Positions 39,312-48,145 of a stretch of 64,000 nucleotides of DNA are shown one piece after another. The stretch is from Pseudomonas aeruginosa PAO1 (GTDB taxonomy: Bacteria > Pseudomonadota > Gammaproteobacteria > Pseudomonadales > Pseudomonadaceae), in assembly GCF_000006765.1 (NCBI RefSeq), contig NC_002516.2; one strand, given 5' to 3'. The notes below the pieces were generated by a model. That model had not been told where the DNA came from. It ran no database searches and saw only the letters and a list, made by a program, of their open reading frames with translations. Position 1 is the stretch's first letter; the number at the start of each line of letters is the position of its first letter. The position numbers were made by a program, and so were the translations under genes.

Positions 39312-41195
39312 ATGGCCCTCGGGGCAATATGCTGTGGCCACGACACACGCTGTGAGCGACTATCGATGCCAGGGACTGCACTGTTCGAAAAGCCACGCTG
39401 GTTGCGCGACCTCCTGCGCTTCCTGCCCCTCAAGAGCCAATTCGTCCTCTCCGGGAACATCCGCGACCTGCAAGCCTGCGAAGTGGTGCCGGGTACGGTC
39501 ACCGCGCAGAGCTTCAACCAGACCCTCTGCGACGCCCTGCTGGACGCCGGCTACGCCCAGGTGCTGGCCTGGGATCCGCTGGCCGGGTTCCGCGTGCTCG
39601 GCCGGCCGGGCAGCGAGGCGGGGGCCACTCCGCAGGTGCTTCTCGACCTCGGCCTGACCCCGGTGGACGGCGCCGCGCCGGCCGGCATCGACCTACTCGG
39701 CGCGACCCTGCAACGCCTGGTCAACCGTAGCGGCGAGCCGATCGCCCTGATCGTCGACTTCGCCTCGCGCCTGGCGGTGCGCAACGACGCCCTGAGCGCC
39801 GCCGAGCACCAGTTGTTCACCCAGGCCCTGGTGCTCTCCCACCAGGCCCGCAGCCGTCCCGCCGGGGAACAGCGCAAACCGTTCTTCAACAGCGTGCTGT
39901 GGGTGGTGGAAAAGGAAGGCGACCTGCCCGACTGGCTGCTGGTGGACAACCCGCGCCTGCGCCATATCCCGGTGTCGAAGCCCGACCAGCCGGCGCGCCG
40001 GGCCCTGGCCCCGGCGCTGCTCCGCGGGCTAGGCGGCGCGGGCGTCGCCGAGGAGGCCCTGCAACAGGCCGCCGCAACCTTCGTCGAGAACACCGAAGGC
40101 CTGCTACTCCTCGATCTCAACGCCATCGTCCAGTTGGCGCGCGTGGAAGGCCTGGCCATGGAACGCATCGCCGACGCCGTGCGCCGCTACAAGGTCGGCG
40201 TCACCGAAGACCCCTGGCTGAAGATCGACCGCCAGCGCATCCGCCAGGCCGACGAGATCGTCCGCCGCCGGGTCAAGGGCCAGCAGCACGCGGTGACCCA
40301 CATGCTGGACATCGTCAAGCGCGCGATGACCGGGGTCGGCGCCAGCCGCAAGGGCAACCGCCCGCGCGGCGTGGCCTTCCTCGCCGGGCCCACCGGGGTC
40401 GGCAAGACCGAGCTGGCGAAGACCGTCACCAGCCTGCTGTTCGGCGACGAGAGCGCCTACATCCGCTTCGACATGTCCGAGTTCAGCGCCGAGCATGCCG
40501 ACCAGCGCCTGATCGGCGCGCCGCCCGGCTACGTCGGCTACGACGTCGGCGGCGAACTGACCAACGCGATCCGCGAAAAACCCTTCAGCGTGGTGCTCTT
40601 CGACGAGATCGAGAAAGCCCACCCCCGGATCCTCGACAAGTTCCTGCAGATCCTCGACGACGGCGTGCTCACCTCCGGGCGCGGCGATCGCGTGTACTTC
40701 TCCGAGGCGCTGATCGTGTTCACCTCGAACCTGGGCATCTACCGCCAGGGGGAAAACGGCGAACGAGTCGCCAACGTGCTCCCCGGCGAGCCCTTCGAGG
40801 CGGTGCAGGGCAAGGTCCACGGCGAGATCGAGCGCTACTTCAAGCTGGTTCTCAACCGCCCGGAAATCCTCAACCGGATCGGCGAGAACATTATCGTCTT
40901 CGACTTCATCCGCGCCGACGTCGCCGAGCAGATCTTCACCCAGATGGTCAACGGCACCTTCGCCGACCTCCGCGAGCAGCGCCTCGTCATCGAACTGGCC
41001 GAGGCGCCGCGCCAGGCGCTGCACGACCTCTGCCTGGGCGACCTGTCCAACGGCGGCCGCGGCATCCGCAACCAGCTCGAAGCGCGCCTGCTCAACCCGT
41101 TGTCGCGGGCACTGTTCGACCAGGACGCGCAGCCGGGCGAGCGCTTCCTGATCAGCGCCCTGGACGCCGACGGCCTGACCCTGGAACGCCGCTGA
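39312..41195 (+). CDS. ClpA/B-type AAA+ ATPase (intact D2 module, degenerate N-terminal module); alternative start 39366
   Basis: GPTGVGKTELAK, FDMSE, LIGAPPGYVGY pore loop, VLFDEIEKAHP, LQILDDG, FTSNLG. Confidence 0.9.
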   Translation: MALGAICCGHDTRCERLSMPGTALFEKPRWLRDLLRFLPLKSQFVLSGNIRDLQACEVVPGTVTAQSFNQTLCDALLDAGYAQVLAWDPLAGFRVLGRPGSEAGATPQVLLDLGLTPVDGAAPAGIDLLGATLQRLVNRSGEPIALIVDFASRLAVRNDALSAAEHQLFTQALVLSHQARSRPAGEQRKPFFNSVLWVVEKEGDLPDWLLVDNPRLRHIPVSKPDQPARRALAPALLRGLGGAGVAEEALQQAAATFVENTEGLLLLDLNAIVQLARVEGLAMERIADAVRRYKVGVTEDPWLKIDRQRIRQADEIVRRRVKGQQHAVTHMLDIVKRAMTGVGASRKGNRPRGVAFLAGPTGVGKTELAKTVTSLLFGDESAYIRFDMSEFSAEHADQRLIGAPPGYVGYDVGGELTNAIREKPFSVVLFDEIEKAHPRILDKFLQILDDGVLTSGRGDRVYFSEALIVFTSNLGIYRQGENGERVANVLPGEPFEAVQGKVHGEIERYFKLVLNRPEILNRIGENIIVFDFIRADVAEQIFTQMVNGTFADLREQRLVIELAEAPRQALHDLCLGDLSNGGRGIRNQLEARLLNPLSRALFDQDAQPGERFLISALDADGLTLERR

Positions 41196-41196
41196 G

Positions 41197-41835
41197 ATGG
41201 AACTGAGCCTGTCGCGGGTGCATTTCCCGGTGACCACCCTGGGCCCGGGACGGCGCCTGGGCATCTGGTTCCAGGGCTGTAGCATCCGCTGCCCCGGCTG
41301 CATCTCCGCCGATACCTGGGGGCCGGGCAGGCGGCGTATCGCCCTGGCACGCCTGCTCGCCGACATCCAGCCATGGCTGGAGCAGGCCGAGGGCATCACC
41401 GTCTCCGGCGGTGAACCCTTCGAGCAGTTCGCTGCCCTCCTCGCCCTGCTCGGCGAACTGCGCCGGCGCAGCCGCGCCGACATCCTGGTCTACAGCGGCT
41501 ACCCGCTGGAGCATCTGCACGCGCAACTGGAACAGGCCGCCGGGCTGATCGACGCGCTGATCAGCGACCCCTACCAACAGCACGCCGAACAGAGCCTGGC
41601 CCTGCGCGGCAGCGACAACCAGCGCCTGAGCCTGCTCACCGAACTCGGCCGCGCGCGCCTCGGCGGCTACCAGCGGCCACTGCGCGAAGACGACAAGGCC
41701 CTCGACCTGATGTTCGACCATGACGGCAGCGTGTGGATGGCCGGCATCCCGCGCCGCGACGACCTGCTGCGGCTACAGGACCTGCTGCGCGAACAGGGCC
41801 ACCAACTTAGCGTCAGCGCCCATCGGCCGCGCTGA
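41197..41835 (+). CDS. Radical SAM protein, NrdG/PflA activase-like
   Basis: WFQGCSIRCPGC (CxxxCxxC), VSGGEPF, GSDNQR; starts 1 nt after the AAA+ stop. Confidence 0.9.
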   Translation: MELSLSRVHFPVTTLGPGRRLGIWFQGCSIRCPGCISADTWGPGRRRIALARLLADIQPWLEQAEGITVSGGEPFEQFAALLALLGELRRRSRADILVYSGYPLEHLHAQLEQAAGLIDALISDPYQQHAEQSLALRGSDNQRLSLLTELGRARLGGYQRPLREDDKALDLMFDHDGSVWMAGIPRRDDLLRLQDLLREQGHQLSVSAHRPR

Positions 41836-41849
41836 ATGGATCGATACCG

Positions 41850-44800
41850 ATGATACGTTTCTGCCCCAACTGCCAGAGCGAACGCTCGCTTTCGGAAATC
41901 TTCTGCGAAGGCTCGATCCAGGGCCAGCCCTGCGGCTGGGACCTTTCCGCCGAAGCCATCCATCCCGCCGGCTGGCGACCACAGCCGGTGCTGACCCAGG
42001 AAGCCATCGCGCCGCCCGCCAGCGAGCCGCCAGCGGCGTCCGCCCCGCTCTGCGCCAACGGCCACCCGCTGCAACCCGGCGACCTGATGTGCCTGGAGTG
42101 CGGCGCCGCGCCGGCCGAAGGCCCGCTGCCGATGCAGGCCGAGGCCACGCCGCAGCCCGCCGTCACGGAAACCCTGATCGACGGCTGGCGTCTGCTGCGG
42201 CAGATCGCCAGCAGCGACGGCGTGCGCGAGCGCTACCTGGCCGAACATGCGGAAAGCGCCCGCCAGGCGGTGCTCACCCTGTATCGCCCGGGCGCCGAGC
42301 CGGACCCGGCGATCTACGACGTGATCCGCCGCCTGCCGCGCGAACACGTACCGGAAATCCTCGCCACCGGCCGCTGGGACGAGCGCGCCTACGAAGTGGT
42401 CGAGGAACTCACCGGCGGCAGCCTCGCCGAGCTCGGCACCGTGCTGGAGGACCGCGAGGCGGTGCGCCACGTGGTCCGCGAGCTGGGCCACGCCCTGCAC
42501 GTGTTCAACGAAGCCGGCCTGCGCCACCGCGACCTGCGCCCGGCCAGCCTGCTGGTGCGCAGCCACGAGCCACTGGACCTGGTGATCAGCGGCTTCGGCT
42601 CGGCGCGCCTGTCGGAGTTCGACCTGGATATCGTCTCGCCGCTGGAGACCAGCCGCTACATGGCCCCCGAGGCGATCGCCGGCGGCGTGGCGGCGGCTTC
42701 CGACTGGTGGAGCCTGGGCATGATCCTGCTGGAGCAGTTGACCCGCGGCGCCTGCTTCGAAGGAGTCAACGCCAACGCCTTCCTGATCCACGTGCTGGCC
42801 AACGGCGTGGCGCTGCCCGACGACCTCGACCCGCAGTTGCACCTGCTGCTGCGCGGCCTGCTTGCACGCGACCGCCACCAGCGCTGGCAGTGGCCGCAGG
42901 TACAGGCCTGGCTGAACGGCGAGGCGGTGGACGCGCCGGCCTCGGCGGACAGCGAAAAGGACGACGCCGAAGGCGCCAGCATCGCCCTCGGCGCACGGCG
43001 CTTCCGCAAGCCGACGGTCTTCGCCCTGGCCGCGGCCCAGGCCGAGCACTGGGCGGAGGCCCTCGACCACCTGCTGCGCGGGGCGATCGTCACCTGGGCC
43101 GAGCACATCGGCCTGTCGCCCAGGCTGCTCGCCGGCCTGCGCCAGGTGGCCCAGCACGAGGGGCTGGAGGACGACTTCCGGCTGATGCTGGCGCTCAAGC
43201 TGCTGAACCCGGAAATCCCGCTGATCCAGCGCGGCGAGATCGTCACCCCCGGCTGGCTGCTGGAGCATCCGCTGGAAGGCTACCGGCTGATCAGCGGCTC
43301 GGTGCCCGACCTGCTCGAACAGTTGCACACCGAAAGCTGGCTGTCGCGGCTCAAGACCCGCGCCGAGAACGTCCGCCAGCGCGCCCTGCACCAGCACATC
43401 GAACTCGCCGAAGAACAGTTGCGCATCTACCTGCTGTCGACCTCGCGGGCGCGCCTCGCCGCGCAGTGGCAGGAGCGCCAGCGCCTCCTGCCGGACACCG
43501 AGCACCCCGGCCTGCTGGCCCTGGCCGAGCGCCGGGTGATCGCCGAGGAAGACCTGATCGTCCTGCTCAGCGCCAACATCGGCCAGTTCCGTGCCGCCGA
43601 GACGATCGTCGAGGAAGCCGCCGGCCTGGCCCGCGACGCCGATGTGCACCTGTTCGACGCGGAGACCGCGCGCGGCCTGTTGCAGCACTCGCGGCAGGAG
43701 TTGTACCGCCGCGTCGACGAACGCATCAGCGGCTTCGCCCACAGCGGCGTGCCCAGGGTCGACGAATGGGCCGAGCAGTTCCGCCTGGAGCGGCGCATGC
43801 CGTTGGCGAGGGTCCTGGTGCTGCTGGCGATCCCGCCGGAACAGTGGCTGGAACCGCAGAAGCAGCAGTACGTGTCGCAGATCCTCGATTTCTTCGAGAA
43901 GAAAGTGGTCGCCGCGGTGATGCGCGGGCCGCTGGTGCGCATGAGCATCGGCAAGAGCACCCCACGCATCGACCTCAACGAACTGGATAGCGCGCGACGC
44001 CCCGCCGCCGCCCTGCTCGACCACCTGCTGCAACGCAACGCCCGCGCGGTGAGCCTCGACCCGGACAGCTTCCTCGCCAACCCGCAACTGGAAGTGCGGC
44101 TCAACGCGCTGTCCCGGCAAAGCTCGCTGTACAAGCGCGACACCGGCATCGACGGGCTCTACCTGGGCTTCCCCTTCCTGCTCAACCGCGACCCGCGCGG
44201 CACCACCCGCACGCGCATCGTGCCGCTGCTGCTGTGGCCGCTGAAGCTGCAACTGGAAGTCGGCAGCCGCGGCCAGGTGGCGCTGGCCTTCGACGGCGAG
44301 CGCGAGGAAGTACGCCTCAACCCGGCCCTGGAAAGCCTGCTCGGCCCCGAGCCGTGCAAGCGCTGGCGCAAGGTCGCCGACGAACTGCTCGGCCGCTCCG
44401 CGCTGCGCGCCGCCGACGTGATGGATGCCTTCGGCCTGCTCGCCACCCCGCGCGGGCGGGTGCTGGAAGGATTGCCGCCGAGTTCCACCGAGGTCACGCC
44501 CTACCAGGACCAACTGGCCTGCGCCGCGGTGCTGTTCCACGTCACCTTCATGGGCCAGGCGATCGGCGAGGACCTGCGCCAGTTGAAGAGCCTGCCGCCC
44601 TCCGGCACCGGCCTGGAGACCGCGCTGCGCCTGCGCGAGAACGGCGAGCCGGAAGCCCGCGAGAGCCCGCCGGAGTTGCAGCGCTACTTCACCGTGGCCA
44701 GCGACCCGTCCCAGGAGGCCGCCGTGTTGCAGGCCCGGCAGAGCCCGGGGCTGCTGGTGGAAGGCCCGCCCGGTACCGGCAAGAGCCAGACCATCGTCAA

Positions 44801-45482
44801 CATGGTCGCCGACGCCATCGGCCGCCAGCGCAGCCTGCTGATCGTCTGCCAGAAGCACGCCGCCCTGGAAGTGGTACACAAGCGCCTGGTGGCCGAGGGC
44901 CTGGGCCAGCGCATCGTCATGCTCAACGACGTCAACCGCGACCGCGAACCGGTGATCCGCAACATCCGCGAGCAGCTCGAAGCGCTGTTCGCCGACGCCG
45001 GCGGCGCCCAGGGCTGGGAGCGCCAGCGCGAGCGCCTGGCGGCGCGTATCGAGGCGCTGGAAGGCGAACTGGACCGCTACCACCAGAGCCTGCACCGCGT
45101 GGACGAGGCCACCGGGCTGAGCTACCGGCGCCTGCTCGGCGAACTGATCGAGCTGGAGAAAGGCTCGCCGCCGCTGGACTTCCCGGCCCTGCGCCACGCC
45201 TGGCGGCGCTGGACATCGGCAGCCTGGCGCGCCTGGAGGAAAACTGCGCGCCGCTGGTCCGCCTCTGGCTACCGGCCCGCTACGAAGGCAGCCCGCTGGC
45301 GCAACTGCGCGCCTTCGCCACCGACCAGGCCACCCTGCAAGCCTTCGCCGACAGCCTGCGCGCCTTCGGCGAAGCGGAGAACGCCCGGCAGAAAGCCCTC
45401 GACGAACACCCGGCGAGCTTCGAGGTCGACGACCCGACGCCCTACCGCGCCTGGCTGGCAAGCCAGGTCGGTACCCTGCTGA
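41850..45482 (+). CDS. N-terminal fragment of a Zn-ribbon / kinase-like / DUF4011-like / SF1 helicase protein (true frame lost at about 45196)
   Basis: CxxC ribbons; HRDLRPAS, GFG, YMAPE, SDWWSLG; Walker A GPPGTGKSQT. Confidence 0.85.
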   Translation: MIRFCPNCQSERSLSEIFCEGSIQGQPCGWDLSAEAIHPAGWRPQPVLTQEAIAPPASEPPAASAPLCANGHPLQPGDLMCLECGAAPAEGPLPMQAEATPQPAVTETLIDGWRLLRQIASSDGVRERYLAEHAESARQAVLTLYRPGAEPDPAIYDVIRRLPREHVPEILATGRWDERAYEVVEELTGGSLAELGTVLEDREAVRHVVRELGHALHVFNEAGLRHRDLRPASLLVRSHEPLDLVISGFGSARLSEFDLDIVSPLETSRYMAPEAIAGGVAAASDWWSLGMILLEQLTRGACFEGVNANAFLIHVLANGVALPDDLDPQLHLLLRGLLARDRHQRWQWPQVQAWLNGEAVDAPASADSEKDDAEGASIALGARRFRKPTVFALAAAQAEHWAEALDHLLRGAIVTWAEHIGLSPRLLAGLRQVAQHEGLEDDFRLMLALKLLNPEIPLIQRGEIVTPGWLLEHPLEGYRLISGSVPDLLEQLHTESWLSRLKTRAENVRQRALHQHIELAEEQLRIYLLSTSRARLAAQWQERQRLLPDTEHPGLLALAERRVIAEEDLIVLLSANIGQFRAAETIVEEAAGLARDADVHLFDAETARGLLQHSRQELYRRVDERISGFAHSGVPRVDEWAEQFRLERRMPLARVLVLLAIPPEQWLEPQKQQYVSQILDFFEKKVVAAVMRGPLVRMSIGKSTPRIDLNELDSARRPAAALLDHLLQRNARAVSLDPDSFLANPQLEVRLNALSRQSSLYKRDTGIDGLYLGFPFLLNRDPRGTTRTRIVPLLLWPLKLQLEVGSRGQVALAFDGEREEVRLNPALESLLGPEPCKRWRKVADELLGRSALRAADVMDAFGLLATPRGRVLEGLPPSSTEVTPYQDQLACAAVLFHVTFMGQAIGEDLRQLKSLPPSGTGLETALRLRENGEPEARESPPELQRYFTVASDPSQEAAVLQARQSPGLLVEGPPGTGKSQTIVNMVADAIGRQRSLLIVCQKHAALEVVHKRLVAEGLGQRIVMLNDVNRDREPVIRNIREQLEALFADAGGAQGWERQRERLAARIEALEGELDRYHQSLHRVDEATGLSYRRLLGELIELEKGSPPLDFPALRHAWRRWTSAAWRAWRKTARRWSASGYRPATKAARWRNCAPSPPTRPPCKPSPTACAPSAKRRTPGRKPSTNTRRASRSTTRRPTAPGWQARSVPC

Positions 45483-45484
45483 AT

Positions 45485-48145
45485 TTGCGCGAGGAGCAGC
45501 GCCAGCGCCTGGCCCACTGGCTGCCGCTGTTCCGTGACGCCGCACCAGGACAGCCGAGCCGTGGCGACGGCCTGTTGGCGGAGGCCGAGCAGATCGAACG
45601 GCAACTGCGCCAGCTCGACCTCGAACGGCATGCGCCGCTGCTGTCGCCGGCCCTCGCCATGCTCGAAGAGAACAACCTCGAACGCTTCCAGGCCCACACC
45701 CGCCAGGTGCTCGAGGCACGCACCTGGCTGGCCCGGCTCAACCCGCTGCACCTGCTGCGGCGCGGCCGCCTGCGGCGCTTCCTGCGCGAGCACGGCGAGG
45801 CCGACGACGACAGCCGCCTGGCCGCCCTCCTCGGCGCCTGCGACCTGGAGCGCCAGTGGCGGCCGCTGCGCCGGCAACTGGCGGCGCTGCAACAGAGCCT
45901 GGGGCTGGCGACAGTCGCCACCGATGCCGGTCCGGAACTGACCGGCCTGGCCGGCCACGCCAGCCAGCAACTGCGCGAGATCCAGACCCTGGCTCGTGGC
46001 CTGGCCCAAGCGCCGCGCGCCGAGCAGCTCGACGCGGTGATCCTCACCGGCGAGAAACAGCGCTTCGAAGCGCTGCTCGGCGACCTCGACGCCGCGCTGA
46101 TCCGCCAGGCCGCACGCCAGCTCAGCCTGGACAAACTGAAGGTGCTCGCCGACTGGCTCGGCGACGAACTGCTGGAACAGCTGCACCGCGCCATCGCCGG
46201 CAACCAGAGCAACCTGCCGGCCCTCGGCCGCCTGCGCGAGGCGCTACCGCAACTGGTCGCCTACCAGCGCTTCCGTGGCCGCGCCGGCCAGCTCGAAGCC
46301 ACCGACCTGGAATTCCTGGCCCTGCTGCGCCAGCGCCAGGAACGACTCGACGCGATTCCCGTCGAAGAACTCGAAGCCACGGTGCGCCGCATGCTCAACC
46401 GCGAAGCGCGGCTGGGCTGGAAGCAGCGCCTGGAACAAGACAATCCGGAACTGCTGTTCAGCCAGGACGAAGCCAGGGCCAGGGTCGCCAGCCTCGCCGA
46501 AGCCGATGTGCAGATGCGCGCGCTGAACCGCGAACTGCTCGGCAAGGGCATCGACGCCGCGCGCCTGGGCAGCCGCAAGCAATGGGAAGACGTCACCCGC
46601 CTGACCGGCAAGCGCTCGCGGCGCCTGCGCGAGTTCATCGAGCTGGGCGCCGAACTCGGCCTGATGAGCCTGCGCCCGGTCTGGCTGATGAACCCCGACC
46701 TGGCCAGCCGCGTGCTGCCGCTCAAGGCCGGGCTGTTCGACATGGTGATCTACGACGAAGCCTCGCAGATGCCGGTGGAGTTCGCCCTGCCGACCCTCTA
46801 TCGCGGGCGGGTCACGGTGGTCAGCGGCGACGAGAAGCAGATGCCGCCGACCGCGTTCTTCTCCAGCCGCGTGGAAAGCGACGAGGCCGAACTGTTCGAC
46901 GGCGAAGCGCCCGACGAGGACGCCGACGAGGAGCAGCGCGAAGCCTACGAGGACACCTGGAACCGCCGCGAGATCAAGGACTGCCCGGACCTCCTGCAAC
47001 TGGCGCGCAACGCCCTGCCCAGCACCACCCTGCAGATCCACTACCGCTCGGCCTACCGCGAGCTGATCGGCTTTTCCAACGCCTCGTTCTACGGCAACCG
47101 CCTGAGCGTGCCGGTACGCCATCCGCAGGCCAACATACTGCGCATCAAGCCGCTGGAACTGATCCAGGTGAACGGCCTGTACCAGAACCAGAGCAACGAG
47201 CGCGAGGCCGAGCGAGTCGTCGACTACCTCGCCGAACTCTGGCGCCAACCCTACGCGGCGCGGCCGTCGGTGGGCGTGGTCACCTTCAACCGCAAGCAAG
47301 CCGACCTCATCGAGGAGCGCCTGGAACTGCGCGCCGAGCAGGACGAGACGTTCCGCGCCGCCTACAGCGAGGAGCGCGAGCGCAGCGAAGACGGCGAGGA
47401 CATGGGCGTGTTCGTGAAGAACGTGGAGAACGTGCAGGGCGACGAGCGCGACGTGATCGTCTTCTCCTCCACCTTCGGCCGCAACGGCCAGGGCAGCTTC
47501 CGGCGCAACTTCGGCGTGCTCGGGCAGACCGGCGGCGAGCGCCGCCTCAACGTGGCGGTGACCCGCGCGCGGCGCAAGGTGGTGATGATCACCTCGATGC
47601 CGATCGGCGACATCTCCGACATGCTCGGCACCCAGCGCTCGCCGAGCAGCCCGCGCGACTACCTGCAAGGCTACCTGGAATACGCCCGCGCACTGTCCGC
47701 CGGCGAATTCGCCGGCACCGGCCAGCTGCTCGAGCGCCTGCAAACCGACCGCAGCGACCAGCGCCGCCAGCACTACCAGCGGCACGACGGCTTCAGCGAG
47801 ATCGTCGGCGAGTATATCCGCTCGCTGGGCTGGTCCGCCGCGCCCGCCGGCGAAGGCGACGCCTTCGGCCTCGACTTCGCCATCGAGAACCCGGCCACCG
47901 GCCTCTACGCCATCGGCATCGAATGCGACGCCCCCTGCCACCCGCTGCTGGAACGCGCCCGCGCCCGGGAAATCTGGCGACCCTCGGTGCTGCGACGGGC
48001 GATCCCGCACCTCCACCGGGTTTCCTCCCAGGGCTGGTACCACGACGGCGACAACGAACGCGCACGGCTGCGCGCCGCCATCGAGAAGGCCCTGGCGCCC
48101 AGCGCGGAAACCCATCCCACGGCAGCAGCGGAGGCCTCCCAATGA
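45485..48145 (+). CDS. C-terminal fragment: SF1 (Upf1/DNA2-like) helicase core plus very-short-patch-type nuclease domain; coding frame actually begins at about 45197
   Basis: DEASQM, GDEKQMPP, HYRS, VQGDERD, RRLNVAVTRAR; C-terminal LDFAI...IGIECD...RVSSQGWY. Confidence 0.85.
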   Translation: MREEQRQRLAHWLPLFRDAAPGQPSRGDGLLAEAEQIERQLRQLDLERHAPLLSPALAMLEENNLERFQAHTRQVLEARTWLARLNPLHLLRRGRLRRFLREHGEADDDSRLAALLGACDLERQWRPLRRQLAALQQSLGLATVATDAGPELTGLAGHASQQLREIQTLARGLAQAPRAEQLDAVILTGEKQRFEALLGDLDAALIRQAARQLSLDKLKVLADWLGDELLEQLHRAIAGNQSNLPALGRLREALPQLVAYQRFRGRAGQLEATDLEFLALLRQRQERLDAIPVEELEATVRRMLNREARLGWKQRLEQDNPELLFSQDEARARVASLAEADVQMRALNRELLGKGIDAARLGSRKQWEDVTRLTGKRSRRLREFIELGAELGLMSLRPVWLMNPDLASRVLPLKAGLFDMVIYDEASQMPVEFALPTLYRGRVTVVSGDEKQMPPTAFFSSRVESDEAELFDGEAPDEDADEEQREAYEDTWNRREIKDCPDLLQLARNALPSTTLQIHYRSAYRELIGFSNASFYGNRLSVPVRHPQANILRIKPLELIQVNGLYQNQSNEREAERVVDYLAELWRQPYAARPSVGVVTFNRKQADLIEERLELRAEQDETFRAAYSEERERSEDGEDMGVFVKNVENVQGDERDVIVFSSTFGRNGQGSFRRNFGVLGQTGGERRLNVAVTRARRKVVMITSMPIGDISDMLGTQRSPSSPRDYLQGYLEYARALSAGEFAGTGQLLERLQTDRSDQRRQHYQRHDGFSEIVGEYIRSLGWSAAPAGEGDAFGLDFAIENPATGLYAIGIECDAPCHPLLERARAREIWRPSVLRRAIPHLHRVSSQGWYHDGDNERARLRAAIEKALAPSAETHPTAAAEASQ

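Noticed and set aside
44234-45196. 5' part of the 1303-aa ORF 44234-48145
   Set aside because: Arg/Pro/Ala-rich off-frame translation; this frame becomes the coding one only after the frameshift at about 45196.
41667-45719. 1350-aa minus-strand ORF
   Set aside because: Antisense shadow of the kinase-helicase gene; low-complexity translation.
45856-48141. 5' extension of ORF 45856-49491
   Set aside because: Overlaps the helicase in another frame; the real start is the ATG at 48142.
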